Positions 53,549 to 64,000 of a stretch of DNA of 64,000 nt are shown in pieces. This DNA is from an uncultured Muribaculaceae bacterium (GTDB taxonomy: Bacteria; Bacteroidota; Bacteroidia; Bacteroidales; Muribaculaceae). A program made the translations under genes and the position numbers. The stretch spans positions 7,450 to 71,449 of the forward strand of contig CAJTMM010000003.1 in the NCBI GenBank assembly GCA_910577465.1, written 5' to 3'. Every line of letters starts with the position of its first letter. Position 1 is the first letter of the stretch. Under the pieces are notes generated by a model. It was not told the DNA's origin. It searched no databases and was given only the letters and a program-made list of their open reading frames with translations.

Positions 53549-56500
53549 GTGGGAAACCGACATAACAAACATACTGACATACGTGTTCGCAACCTGCGCC
53601 TGTGGTCGGCGGTGTGGGTAGGCATTGTCATATTGTCGCTTTACGGACTGGTGGCGCGCCCGCAGTATTACAAATCGGAACTACCGCCACCGGCACCTGC
53701 CGCCGTAGCCCCACCACCTTTGTCGCGTCTTGACTCCGTAATGCTGCCTTCGCCCGTTCAGCAAACCGTGCCGCAATCCTACGAAGAGCTTATGGGACGT
53801 GAATTCTCTGCCGATCTCGCCACTCCGTCCAATATACGCACCGTCACCGAATACGACCCCGAAACCGGATGCTACATCATACGCACCAAGGTCGGCGACA
53901 TGGATATAGCCACACCGTTCATGCTCAACGAGCGCCAATACAACGACTGGCAACTACGCAAATCCATGCAGCAGTACTATCATCAGCGCAATGCCGAACA
54001 GTTGACCAAACCCGACAAAAAGCCGTTCGACATACTCGACATGAACTTCGCCCTCGGTCCATTGGAAAAGATATTCGGCCCAGGAGGCGTGAGCCTGAAA
54101 ACGCAAGGCTCCGTACAGATAGACATGGGCATAAAATCCAACAAAACCGACAATCCGGCACTGTCACTTACCGCCCGGCGCAAAACATACTTCGACTTCA
54201 ACCAAAAGATACAGGCAACCGTAGCCGCATCGGTAGGCGACCGACTGAAGTTCAACATGACCTACAACACCGATGCGACTTTCGACTTCGACTCAAAGAA
54301 CATCAAGCTGCAATACGAAGGCAAGGAGGACGACATCGTAAAAAGCATCGAAGCCGGTAACGTGAGCATGACCACCGGGTCACAGCTCATACGAGGGAGC
54401 ACCGCGCTGTTCGGTATCAAGGCTAAACTCCAATTCGGCAAACTCACCGCCACAGCTCTTGTATCGCAACAGAATTCCGAATCGCGCTCCGTGAGCACAA
54501 AAGGTGGTGTACAGACCACCCCATTCACCATCAACGCCGACGAATACGACCAAAACCGACACTTCTTCCTCGCTCATTTCTTCCGCGACAACTACGACCG
54601 TTTTGCTTCCAAACTGCCTTATGTAGCTTCCGGAGTGCAGATTACACGCGTTGAGGTATGGGTGACGAACAAGACCGGCAACTTCAACCAAAGCCGCAAT
54701 GTGGTAGCATTCATGGACTTGGGTGAGAACAAAGTCCTTGCCAACAATTATTGGCAAGGCGACCCTGCGCTCAACAATCCCGCCAACGCGTCCAATAACC
54801 TACTTACCACCATAAAAAACGAATACCCCGACGCCCGAAACATCAACACCGTAACTCAGGCACTCGCACCACTATCGGCTTTCGGAATCGAGGGTGGACA
54901 TGACTACGAGAAGGTGGAGAGCGCACGATTGCTCGGTGAAAGCGAGTACACCCTCAACGCATCACTCGGCTACATCTCATTCAAAAGCCAGATGAATTCC
55001 GATGATGTACTCGGTATAGCATACGAATACACATACAACGGTCGCGTGTACCAGGTCGGTGAATTCTCATCCGACATCACCACCACCGACCGATGTCTTT
55101 TCATCAAGATGCTGAAAGGCACCACCGTATCACCCCGGCTACCCATGTGGGACCTCATGATGAAAAACGTCTACTCGCTCGGTGCCTACCAGTTGCAAAG
55201 CTCCAACTTCAAACTGCAAATCAAATACCTCTCCGACACCACCGGCACACAGATAAATTACCTGCCTGTACCGGGGATTTCCGACAAGCCATTGCTTCAG
55301 GTCATGAATCTCGACCGTCTGGACTCAAATCAGGCATCAAATTCCGACGGATTCTTTGACTACCTCGAAGGCTACACCATACTATCCTCCAGCGGCAAAG
55401 TCATATTCCCCGTAGTGGAGCCGTTCGGTAGCCACCTCGCCGCACAGATAGGCAATCCGGCAATTGCCCAAAACTACATTTACCAAGAACTTTACGACTC
55501 CACATTGGTGGTTGCGCGCCAGTTTGCCGACAAAAACAAATTCGTACTTACCGGCGAATATCAGGCATCGGCAGGTTCTCAGATACGGCTCAACGCCATG
55601 AACGTTCCACGCGGTTCCGTCGTGGTAACCGCCGGCGGCGTCACCCTCACCGAAAACAGCGATTACACCGTGGACTATTCCATGGGTATCGTGACCATCA
55701 CCAACCAGAGCATCATCGACTCAGGTCAGAGCATCAACGTCACACTCGAGAACCAGTCCATGTTCTCCACACAGCGCAAGACACTGCTCGGACTCGACCT
55801 AAGCTACAAATTCAACAAAAACCTAACCATCGGCGGTACATTGCTTCATTACGGCGAAAAAGCACTCACCGAGAAGGTCAATATCGGCGACGAAGTGGTC
55901 AACAACACCATGTGGGGACTGAACTTCGCCTACAATACCGATTTCATGTGGCTTACCAACCTCATCAACAAGATTCCCACGGTCAACGCCACTGCACCAT
56001 CCCAGCTATCGCTCCAAGGCGAATTTGCCCACCTCGTACCCCACCAGCAGAAAAGCGGCTCCAACGCCGGCAGCTCATTTATCGACGACTTCGAATCGGC
56101 GCAGACCGGCATTGACCTTCGTTCACCATACGCATGGTTCCTCGCTTCCACACCCTACGACAACGGCTCCGGAGCATTATTCCCTGAAGCGGCACTGAGC
56201 AATAATGTGGATTATGGCAAAAACCGCGCACTCCTCAACTGGTACTACATCGACCGTATGTTCACCTCGCGCAACTCCACTCTCGCCCCGGGCTACATAC
56301 GAAGCGACCTCAAGCAGCTATCCAATCCGTACGTGCGCGAAATCACGTCTCGCGAGATATACCCCGACCGACAGCTCACCTACGGCGAATCTTCGACCAT
56401 ACAGACACTCAACCTCTCCTTCTACCCCAACGAACGAGGCCCCTACAACCTCGATGCCGTCAACATTGACGAAGAAGGACGGCTCACTAACCCGGAGAAA

Positions 56501-59500
56501 CGTTGGGGCGGTATCATGCGACGTCTCGACAACACCAACTTCGAGCAAAGCAACATAGAGTACGTCCAGTTCTGGCTACTCAACCCGTTCCTTGACCCCG
56601 AGAACCCCAATTACGACGGTGGCGACCTTTACTTCAACTTCGGTGAGATGTCGGAAGACATACTCAAGGACGGATTGAAATCATACGAAAACGGTCTCCC
56701 ATACAATGGTTCCGACGAACATACCACCACTACCGTATGGGGACGCGTAAGCACCGAAAACTCCCTCACATACGCATTCGACAACAACAACTCCGCCCGA
56801 CGTAATCAGGACGTAGGTCTCGATGGATTGCGCAATGACGACGAGTTCTCATTCAGCTCCTACAGTGAATACCTGAACCAACTGCGACTACGATTGTCAC
56901 CCGCCACCGTCGAACGTATGCAAGACGACCAGTTCTCACCATTCAACGACCCTGCCGGCGACAACTACCATTTCTATCGCGGCTACGATTACGACAATCA
57001 GCGGCTGTCCATCCTCGAACGCTACAAACGCTACAACGGTGTGGAAGGCAACTCCCTGTCTCCCGAAGATGCTGACGAACCTTTGTACCAATCGTCACGT
57101 TCACTCCCCGACGTGGAGGACATCAATCAGGACAACACACTGAACGAATACGAACGCTACTATCAGTACAAGGTATCCATACGTCCCGAGGATCTTGTGG
57201 TGGGAAAAAACTACATCACAGATAAACAAGTGACCATAGTGCCGACACGCGACGGCAATCAGCTTGAAGTGGAATGGTACCAATTCAAGATACCTTTGAA
57301 TGACTACGAAAAGGTGGTAGGCTCCATCAATGGTTTTTCAACCATACGCTTCGCACGTATGTTCATGACAGGCTTCAAGCAAACCACGCACCTCCGCTTC
57401 GCTTCACTCGAACTTGTACGCGGCGAATGGCGCCCCTACGAATTCAACCTCAACAACCGAGGTGACGCTCCTGCCGACGGACAGCTCGACATCTCCGTGG
57501 TGAATATCGAAGAAAACTCCGGACGCACCCCCGTAAACTATGTGCTACCTCCCGGAGTATCGCGCATCTCTGATTCCGAGCAGTCACAGATAGTCCAGCT
57601 AAACGAACAGTCCATGTCTCTGAAAGTAACTGGACTTAACGCCGGTGACGCACGTGCCGTGTACCGCAACACCTCGCACGACCTGCGCAACTACAAACGC
57701 TTGCAGATGTGGGTACACGCAGAATCGCTCATTGACGATGTGACACGTCTTCAGAACGGCGAACTATCGGTGTTCGTACGTTTAGGTTCGGACGTAAAGA
57801 ACAACTTCTACGAATACGAGATACCTCTGAAGCTGACCCCTCACGGCAAATATAGCGATTCATCATCCGACCGTTACATCGTTTGGCCGGAATCAAACTA
57901 CCTCAATTTCAAGCTCCAGTCGCTCGTCGAGTTGAAAAAGGAACGCAACCGCGCCAAACGCGACGAAGAAGAGGGTGTAGGCTTCGGCATACTCTACACT
58001 GGACGCGACCCCGAGAATGAAAACAACCGTATTGCCGTGATGGGCAATCCCTCGCTGAGCGATGTCCGCGTGATGCTCATAGGCGTACGCAACAATTCTT
58101 CCACCATAAAGGATGGTATCGTATGGGTCAACGAACTTAAAGTTACCGACTTCGAATCAGCAGGCGGATGGGCAACCGAAGCGTCGGCATCATTGTCGCT
58201 TTCCGATATAGCCACTTTCAATTTCGGTGCACACCTCGAGAGTGCCGGATTTGGCGGAGTCGACCAAAGCCTGAACGAAAGGCGCATGGACGACTACTCA
58301 CGCTACACATTTGCGGTACAGGCAGATTTAGGACGCTTCCTGCCGGAGAAAGTCAAATTGCGCGCACCCATATTCTACTCTATCACTAAAGAAAAGACCA
58401 CACCGAAATACAATCCCCTTGACCAGGATGTCCTGTTGAAGGACGCTCTTGATGACGCAGCCAACAAACAGGAAAAAGACTCCATCGAGGCATTTGCCAT
58501 CGAACGCTCCACACAGCAGAGTTTCAGTATATCGGGATTGAACTTCGACGTACGCAGCAAGAACCCCATGCCCTGGGACCCCGCCAACTTCACTGTCAAT
58601 TTCTCATTTAATAAAACAGCGAAATCCGACCCAACCACAGAATACGAGAACCTCAATGACTACCGCGGCAGCTTCCAATACAGCTATACCCCCTATATTA
58701 AGCCGTTCAAGCCATTTGAGAAACTGATAAAATCCAACAAGAAAAACATCCGGTTCTTCAAAGACTGGGAACTCAACTGGCTGCCCAACTCCATATCCTT
58801 CCTCACCACCATGTCCCGCTACTACTACGAGCAACAGACACGTAGCGAAACCGATGTCAACTTCAAACTGCCCGTATCCGTAAGCAAGAACTTCCTATGG
58901 GACCGTCAGCTCGCCATAACATGGAACATCACCAAATCTCTCAATCTATCTTTCAACTCCAATACATCGGCACGAATCGAGGAACCCATTGGTGCCGTAA
59001 ACCGCAAATTGTTCCCTGACAAATACCGCGAATGGCGTGATACCGTATGGCAAAGCATACTCCATTTAGGGACACCTTGGGCGTACAACCAGACATTCGT
59101 GGGCAGCTATCGCGCTCCATTCAATCGCATACCCATACTTGACTTCCTCTCTGCATCCGCATCCTACAACGCCACTTACCGTTGGGACCGCGGCGCCACA
59201 GTGGAGGATGTCAATTTAGGCAACACCATCAGCAATCAGGCTGCATGGAATGTCGACGGACGCATCAATTTCGAGGGCCTGTACAACAAACATCCCTACC
59301 TGAAGAAAGTGAACACACGCTTCGCTTCGGCAAAACGCAACACCACAAATTCACGTAACGCACGCAACCGAAAACCTGCACTTCCTAAAGCTAAACGGTT
59401 TGAACGCACATTCGCCCTCAAACCCGACACATCCATAATCATCAAGCATAATCTCCGCAACCGTAAAGTCAAAATCACCGCCACAAAAGTCAATGACAAG

Positions 59501-61048
59501 ACTCCGGTCAACATCAAATCACGTGTCATAGATGCCAACAACGTGGAGATTCTAACACATGGTACCGACAATGTGAAGTTCACCATTGTCGAGATACTCA
59601 AAGAGAAGAACAGCTTCTGGGACGAAGTGGGCGAATACGCCGCACGTTTTGCCATGAGCACCCGCAGCGCCACACTGAGATGGCGCGACACTCGCTCCAT
59701 GTCCCTGCCATTATTCTCGCCCAATATCGGCAACGCCTTCGGACAATCAGGCAGCTACGGTCCTCTGGCTCCTGGTCTGGACTTCGCTTTCGGATTCACC
59801 GATGAAAGCTACATAGACAAAGCCAAGGAACGCGGATGGCTCATGACCACCGACGGACAGACATCTCCGGCTATATATTCCCACACCAATGAACTCAACC
59901 TCGAAATAGTTCTCGAACCCATACGCGGCTTGAAAATCCAACTCACAGGCAACCGTACCGACAACCGTACCCGGCAAGTCCAGTTCATGTACGACGACAT
60001 GCCCACCACCCTTGCAGGAAGTTACACCAAGACCCACTGCGCCATAGCCACCGCATTGCGCGGCTCCAGTGCATCCAACGGCTACGAAAGCGAGACATTC
60101 AATAAGTTCATTGAAAACATACCCATCGTAGCCAACCGTATCGAACAGCAGTACCGCGGACTCAACTATCCCACCACCGGTTTCATGGCCGACAACATAC
60201 ACGCCGGCAATCCCTTCGATCCGGAGGTAGGAACCGTGAGCCGCACCAGCAGCGACGTGCTTATACCGGCATTCATGGCTGCCTATACCGGTACCGACGC
60301 CCGCAAACAATACCTCGACCCGTTCCCATCGTTTGCCAAAGTACTGCCCAACTGGCGTGTCACTTACGAAGGACTGGTCAACATCGGCAACCTCCGCCGA
60401 TTCTTCAAATCATTCACACTCTCCCATGCCTACCAATGTACATACACCGTCGGTTCATACTCATCCTATCTTAATTGGTTAAGCGCTGATGGCAAACTCG
60501 GATTCACACTCGACGAGCTCACCGGACAGCCCATTCCATCATCGCCCTACAATATTTCATCCGTGGCAATCATGGAACGCTTCGCACCACTTATCGGAGC
60601 GGCTGTAACCTTACAGAACAATATGAGCGTAAACGCAGAGTTCCGTGAATCACGCACACTCACCCTCAACACCTCGGCAGGTCAGGTGGTGGAAGCATCG
60701 CAGCGCGGCATCACCGCCGGCATCGGTTATAAGATTATCGGATTCAACACCGTGTTGAAAATGCGCGGCTCACAGCAAGGCATAAGCAATGACCTTACCG
60801 TCAACGCCGATTTCTCCTATATGCAGAATCAGGCACTGATACGTCGCATCGAGAATAGCTTCACCCAAGCCACATCCGGTTCACGTACCATTTCATTCAA
60901 CCTCACAGCCAATTATATACTCAGTCGGCGTATGACCATAGGCATGTACTTTGAGCACCAGATCAACACCCCCTTGGTATCATCCACCGCCTATCCCACC
61001 ACCAACACCGCCTACGGCATATCCTTTAACTTCTCTCTCGCCCGTTAA
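53549..61048 (+). CDS. sprA: T9SS outer-membrane translocon protein SprA
   Basis: A 2499-aa ORF with an N-terminal basic segment plus a hydrophobic anchor. Its size, beta-rich composition and position next to ruvA are characteristic of SprA/Sov. The start codon is uncertain: the GTG at 53549 is the first in-frame start. Confidence 0.88.
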   Translation: MGNRHNKHTDIRVRNLRLWSAVWVGIVILSLYGLVARPQYYKSELPPPAPAAVAPPPLSRLDSVMLPSPVQQTVPQSYEELMGREFSADLATPSNIRTVTEYDPETGCYIIRTKVGDMDIATPFMLNERQYNDWQLRKSMQQYYHQRNAEQLTKPDKKPFDILDMNFALGPLEKIFGPGGVSLKTQGSVQIDMGIKSNKTDNPALSLTARRKTYFDFNQKIQATVAASVGDRLKFNMTYNTDATFDFDSKNIKLQYEGKEDDIVKSIEAGNVSMTTGSQLIRGSTALFGIKAKLQFGKLTATALVSQQNSESRSVSTKGGVQTTPFTINADEYDQNRHFFLAHFFRDNYDRFASKLPYVASGVQITRVEVWVTNKTGNFNQSRNVVAFMDLGENKVLANNYWQGDPALNNPANASNNLLTTIKNEYPDARNINTVTQALAPLSAFGIEGGHDYEKVESARLLGESEYTLNASLGYISFKSQMNSDDVLGIAYEYTYNGRVYQVGEFSSDITTTDRCLFIKMLKGTTVSPRLPMWDLMMKNVYSLGAYQLQSSNFKLQIKYLSDTTGTQINYLPVPGISDKPLLQVMNLDRLDSNQASNSDGFFDYLEGYTILSSSGKVIFPVVEPFGSHLAAQIGNPAIAQNYIYQELYDSTLVVARQFADKNKFVLTGEYQASAGSQIRLNAMNVPRGSVVVTAGGVTLTENSDYTVDYSMGIVTITNQSIIDSGQSINVTLENQSMFSTQRKTLLGLDLSYKFNKNLTIGGTLLHYGEKALTEKVNIGDEVVNNTMWGLNFAYNTDFMWLTNLINKIPTVNATAPSQLSLQGEFAHLVPHQQKSGSNAGSSFIDDFESAQTGIDLRSPYAWFLASTPYDNGSGALFPEAALSNNVDYGKNRALLNWYYIDRMFTSRNSTLAPGYIRSDLKQLSNPYVREITSREIYPDRQLTYGESSTIQTLNLSFYPNERGPYNLDAVNIDEEGRLTNPEKRWGGIMRRLDNTNFEQSNIEYVQFWLLNPFLDPENPNYDGGDLYFNFGEMSEDILKDGLKSYENGLPYNGSDEHTTTTVWGRVSTENSLTYAFDNNNSARRNQDVGLDGLRNDDEFSFSSYSEYLNQLRLRLSPATVERMQDDQFSPFNDPAGDNYHFYRGYDYDNQRLSILERYKRYNGVEGNSLSPEDADEPLYQSSRSLPDVEDINQDNTLNEYERYYQYKVSIRPEDLVVGKNYITDKQVTIVPTRDGNQLEVEWYQFKIPLNDYEKVVGSINGFSTIRFARMFMTGFKQTTHLRFASLELVRGEWRPYEFNLNNRGDAPADGQLDISVVNIEENSGRTPVNYVLPPGVSRISDSEQSQIVQLNEQSMSLKVTGLNAGDARAVYRNTSHDLRNYKRLQMWVHAESLIDDVTRLQNGELSVFVRLGSDVKNNFYEYEIPLKLTPHGKYSDSSSDRYIVWPESNYLNFKLQSLVELKKERNRAKRDEEEGVGFGILYTGRDPENENNRIAVMGNPSLSDVRVMLIGVRNNSSTIKDGIVWVNELKVTDFESAGGWATEASASLSLSDIATFNFGAHLESAGFGGVDQSLNERRMDDYSRYTFAVQADLGRFLPEKVKLRAPIFYSITKEKTTPKYNPLDQDVLLKDALDDAANKQEKDSIEAFAIERSTQQSFSISGLNFDVRSKNPMPWDPANFTVNFSFNKTAKSDPTTEYENLNDYRGSFQYSYTPYIKPFKPFEKLIKSNKKNIRFFKDWELNWLPNSISFLTTMSRYYYEQQTRSETDVNFKLPVSVSKNFLWDRQLAITWNITKSLNLSFNSNTSARIEEPIGAVNRKLFPDKYREWRDTVWQSILHLGTPWAYNQTFVGSYRAPFNRIPILDFLSASASYNATYRWDRGATVEDVNLGNTISNQAAWNVDGRINFEGLYNKHPYLKKVNTRFASAKRNTTNSRNARNRKPALPKAKRFERTFALKPDTSIIIKHNLRNRKVKITATKVNDKTPVNIKSRVIDANNVEILTHGTDNVKFTIVEILKEKNSFWDEVGEYAARFAMSTRSATLRWRDTRSMSLPLFSPNIGNAFGQSGSYGPLAPGLDFAFGFTDESYIDKAKERGWLMTTDGQTSPAIYSHTNELNLEIVLEPIRGLKIQLTGNRTDNRTRQVQFMYDDMPTTLAGSYTKTHCAIATALRGSSASNGYESETFNKFIENIPIVANRIEQQYRGLNYPTTGFMADNIHAGNPFDPEVGTVSRTSSDVLIPAFMAAYTGTDARKQYLDPFPSFAKVLPNWRVTYEGLVNIGNLRRFFKSFTLSHAYQCTYTVGSYSSYLNWLSADGKLGFTLDELTGQPIPSSPYNISSVAIMERFAPLIGAAVTLQNNMSVNAEFRESRTLTLNTSAGQVVEASQRGITAGIGYKIIGFNTVLKMRGSQQGISNDLTVNADFSYMQNQALIRRIENSFTQATSGSRTISFNLTANYILSRRMTIGMYFEHQINTPLVSSTAYPTTNTAYGISFNFSLAR

Positions 61049-61067
61049 CCACAACACATCATCACTT

Positions 61068-62939
61068 ATGGCAAGCTATCTGCAAATTGAAGACCTCACC
61101 AAGAGTTATGGCGACCGAATACTTTTCGATTCTGTCACATTCGGTGTCAACCAAGGCGACAAAATAGGACTCATAGCCAAAAACGGCACAGGCAAAACCA
61201 CTCTGCTCCGTATCATTGCAGGCATAGAAGCCCCCGACAGAGGTAACGTGACTTTCCGTGCCGACATTCGCACCGGCATAGTGCAACAAACACCCGAATT
61301 CAATCCCGACTCCACAGTACTCGAAGCTTGTCTAAACTCCGACACTGAGACATGCCATATAATCGAAGCCTACGAACAGGCGGTTGCTTCCGGCGAATCC
61401 GATGCCATCAACCAAGCCATGCAGCGCATGGAAGCCGAGGGAGCATGGGACTATGATGACCGTCTCAAGCAACTGCTCCACCAGCTTCATATAACCGACA
61501 TGCATGCCCCCATGCGTACACTCTCCGGTGGACAACAGAAACGTGTGGCAATCGCACGTACCATTCTCGACAATCCCGACCTTATAATACTCGACGAGCC
61601 GACCAACCACCTCGACATAGAAATTATCGAATGGCTCGAGTCGTATCTCAAACGGCAGAATGTGACACTGCTCATGGTCACACACGACCGTTATTTTCTG
61701 GATCGCGTATGCAATAAGATTATCGAGATTGACCGTGGCGAAATTTACACCTACGAAGGCAACTACGACTACTATCTGCGTAAACGCGGTGAACGCATCG
61801 AAGCACTCAGTGCTGAACTCGCCAAAGTCAAAAACACACTTCGCAAGGAACAGGAGTGGATGCGGCGCCAGCCACAGGCACGTGCCGGAAAAGCTAAATA
61901 CCGTATTGACTCATTCTACGATTTAAAGGAACGTGCGCGTGCCGACTATTCTGAGAAGAACATAAACATAGACAATATCGGCTCGGGGTACATCGGCTCA
62001 AAAATCTTCGAAGCCCAACATGTGTCTAAACGTTGGGGAGACAAAGTGATTCTTGACGATTTCAACTATATTTTCGCACGATACGAAAAGTTAGGAATCA
62101 TAGGACACAACGGCGCAGGAAAATCCACATTCATCAAGATGCTCCAGGGACTCGTACAAGCCGACAGCGGGACTTGGGACATAGGTACCACAGTTCGATT
62201 CGGATACTACAGTCAGGATGGCATATCATTCGATGACAATAAAAAGGTCATTGATGCCGTATCGGAAATAGCCGACGACATAATTATAGGCGAGAACCGT
62301 AGGTACACCCCTATGCAATTCCTCACACACTTTCTCTTCTCTCCTGCCGACCAACAAAAATACATCCATACACTCAGCGGCGGAGAGCGGTGCCGGTTGC
62401 ATCTGGCAACGGTGCTCATGCGTCAACCGAATTTCCTGATTCTTGACGAACCGACCAATGACCTCGACATAGTGACCCTTGGCATTCTTGAGGAATACTT
62501 GCGCGAATTTAAAGGATGTATGATAGTCATATCTCACGACCGTTTTTTCCTTGACAGCATTGTTGACCATCTTTTCGTATTCGAGGGCAACGGCGTTGTA
62601 AAAGATTTCCCCGGCAACTATAGTGATTACCGGCAATGGGCGTCAGAACAAGCAAAAATAGAGAAAGAACAGCAGAAAGCAAACACCCCGGCAAATACTA
62701 ACGTAAAGCCCCAACGCACTGAACGGCCGGCTCGAATGTCATTTAAGGAACGGAAGGAATTTGAATCACTGACCGAGGAAATCGACACTCTCACTGCTGA
62801 AAAACAGCAACTCGACCAATTGTTTGCGTCCGGCGAGGCCATCCCCGACATCGCTGAGAAGTCGGCGCGATATACCGAAATCACCGCTTTGCTTGATGAC
62901 AAAGAGATGAGGTGGCTCGAACTCTCGGAACTTTCATAA
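61068..62939 (+). CDS. ABC-F family ATPase (Uup/EttA-like)
   Basis: 623 aa from the ATG at 61068. It has two ABC cassettes (GKNGTGKTT / LSGGQQKRV / LILDEPTNHLD, and GHNGAGKST / LSGGERCRL / LILDEPTNDLD), no TM domain and a C-terminal coiled-coil. Confidence 0.92.
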   Translation: MASYLQIEDLTKSYGDRILFDSVTFGVNQGDKIGLIAKNGTGKTTLLRIIAGIEAPDRGNVTFRADIRTGIVQQTPEFNPDSTVLEACLNSDTETCHIIEAYEQAVASGESDAINQAMQRMEAEGAWDYDDRLKQLLHQLHITDMHAPMRTLSGGQQKRVAIARTILDNPDLIILDEPTNHLDIEIIEWLESYLKRQNVTLLMVTHDRYFLDRVCNKIIEIDRGEIYTYEGNYDYYLRKRGERIEALSAELAKVKNTLRKEQEWMRRQPQARAGKAKYRIDSFYDLKERARADYSEKNINIDNIGSGYIGSKIFEAQHVSKRWGDKVILDDFNYIFARYEKLGIIGHNGAGKSTFIKMLQGLVQADSGTWDIGTTVRFGYYSQDGISFDDNKKVIDAVSEIADDIIIGENRRYTPMQFLTHFLFSPADQQKYIHTLSGGERCRLHLATVLMRQPNFLILDEPTNDLDIVTLGILEEYLREFKGCMIVISHDRFFLDSIVDHLFVFEGNGVVKDFPGNYSDYRQWASEQAKIEKEQQKANTPANTNVKPQRTERPARMSFKERKEFESLTEEIDTLTAEKQQLDQLFASGEAIPDIAEKSARYTEITALLDDKEMRWLELSELS

Positions 62940-62969
62940 CCATATCCACGTGCGGAGCGTTAATATACC

Positions 62970-64000
62970 ATGACCGCCAATAACCACAGATCCATTTTAC
63001 TACGGTGGACGCATAAGCTCAAACTTATGCACAAGGGCTTCATACGTTTCACTCATCGCAGTCTCAGCTCCATACAGGCGTTTTCATCCGTACTTATGTT
63101 ATTGTCGGTCATAGCGTCCATAGTGAGTCTGGTATGTCTGGTAATCCATGCCGGTTACGAACACACATATTCAGAATACCTGACCATACGGCATATACTT
63201 CGGGCGGCACAGGGGATATTCATAACCAATGTGGTATTCAATCTGATATTCAACCTCGCACATACCGTCCGACAGACCAGAAGCGTCAAATGGATTGTTG
63301 ACATAGCCATACTCGTCACACTCCTTCCTTGGATTTACCCGCATCCACAGAATCCCTGGCTGCCTTGGCTCGAACAGATTCTGTATTCCAACATACTCCT
63401 TTATTCCGCGCTCGCAGCCTATGCGATACTCACCTTATCCTACGCCATGCTACGCATGGTCGGAAAGCGCACCAACCCCTCGCTACTGCTCTCCGGAAGT
63501 TTCTTTGCGTTCATTATTATAGGTTCATTCCTGCTCATGCTGCCCAAATGCACCTACGGGGGCATTGACTATATCGACGCCCTTTTTGTCAGTACAAGTG
63601 CTGTATGTATAACCGGACTCACGCCTATCGATGTCTCCGTGACGTTCACACCGCTCGGACTGCTCATTCTCGCTTTTCTCATTCAGATAGGGGCATTGGG
63701 TGTAATGACATTCACCAGCTTTTTCGCACTCTTCTTCAGCGGCAGCACATCTATTTACAGCCAACTCATGCTCAAGGACATGATTTACTCCAAAAGTATG
63801 AATGCCCTCATACCCACCCTGCTCTACATATTGTCGTTCACCCTCGCAGTCGAACTGCTTGGGGCCGTATTCATATTCCTCTCCATCCACGACACGATGT
63901 CGCTCCCGCTCGATAAGGAAATACTGTTTTCCTTATTTCACTCACTCTCGGCATTCTGCAACGCCGGATTCTCGAATATACCCGGGGGTATGTCCAATCC
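62970..64000 (+). CDS. TrkH/KtrB family potassium uptake protein, N-terminal part (3' end outside window)
   Basis: This comes from my own translation. The frame is open from the ATG at 62970 to the window edge. The product is polytopic, with DALFVSTSAVCITGL and FHSLSAFCNAGFS selectivity-filter-like segments. It is absent from the ORF track because no stop codon is reached. Confidence 0.85.
   Translation, partial: MTANNHRSILLRWTHKLKLMHKGFIRFTHRSLSSIQAFSSVLMLLSVIASIVSLVCLVIHAGYEHTYSEYLTIRHILRAAQGIFITNVVFNLIFNLAHTVRQTRSVKWIVDIAILVTLLPWIYPHPQNPWLPWLEQILYSNILLYSALAAYAILTLSYAMLRMVGKRTNPSLLLSGSFFAFIIIGSFLLMLPKCTYGGIDYIDALFVSTSAVCITGLTPIDVSVTFTPLGLLILAFLIQIGALGVMTFTSFFALFFSGSTSIYSQLMLKDMIYSKSMNALIPTLLYILSFTLAVELLGAVFIFLSIHDTMSLPLDKEILFSLFHSLSAFCNAGFSNIPGGMSN

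Noticed and set aside
1-64000. Scan for tRNA, rRNA, CRISPR arrays, transposases, integrases, toxin-antitoxin pairs or known defence-system genes.
   Set aside because: None was recognised by eye. The intergenic regions are short and explained by promoters and terminators, apart from the two regions reported as findings. A tRNAscan, Infernal or defence-finder run would be needed to make this negative result firm.

Overview
The window reads as a contiguous, mostly core chromosomal segment of a Bacteroidota (Bacteroidales-type) genome. Support for that assignment: T9SS components (SprA, plus a cargo protein with a C-terminal sorting domain), many TAnnTTTG -7 promoter boxes, acidic lipoprotein export signals, and no Shine-Dalgarno dependence. 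Finer taxonomy cannot be decided from sequence alone. Coding density is high (about 50 genes). In order they are: a MATE pump fragment; a glycogen cluster (debranching enzyme, GT4, GH57); a YeaO/DUF488 gene; a MacAB-TolC-like efflux operon (ATPase, two FtsX permeases, adaptor, TolC); DUF805; a Crp/Fnr regulator; a surface lipoprotein plus S41 protease pair; a DbpA-like helicase; a four-subunit 2-oxoacid:ferredoxin oxidoreductase followed by a small ferredoxin that the ORF track missed; efp; a UDG-superfamily gene; dedA; rpe; ftsK; lolA-like; trxB; a receiver-PPDK_N enzyme with a coiled-coil partner; DPP-IV; an unknown membrane protein; miaA; small lipoproteins; TPR; rsgA; SulP; alaS; MerR; a PCMD/T9SS cargo protein; a four-helix-bundle protein; rluA-family; metA; ruvA; sprA; an ABC-F ATPase; and a TrkH fragment. 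I saw no tRNA, rRNA, CRISPR array, transposase, integrase or recognisable defence island. The observations most worth follow-up are non-coding or architectural. (1) A 20-nt perfect inverted repeat brackets a promoter-bearing 226-bp segment upstream of the surface lipoprotein/protease operon, which looks like an inverton in the OFF state. (2) A promoter- and terminator-bounded structured RNA candidate of about 270 nt lies on the minus strand at 6245-6512. (3) An orphan pseudo-receiver/receiver/PPDK_N enzyme is coupled to a coiled-coil protein whose C-terminus resembles a beta-clamp-binding motif. All functional calls come from my recognition of motifs in the translations, not from database searches.
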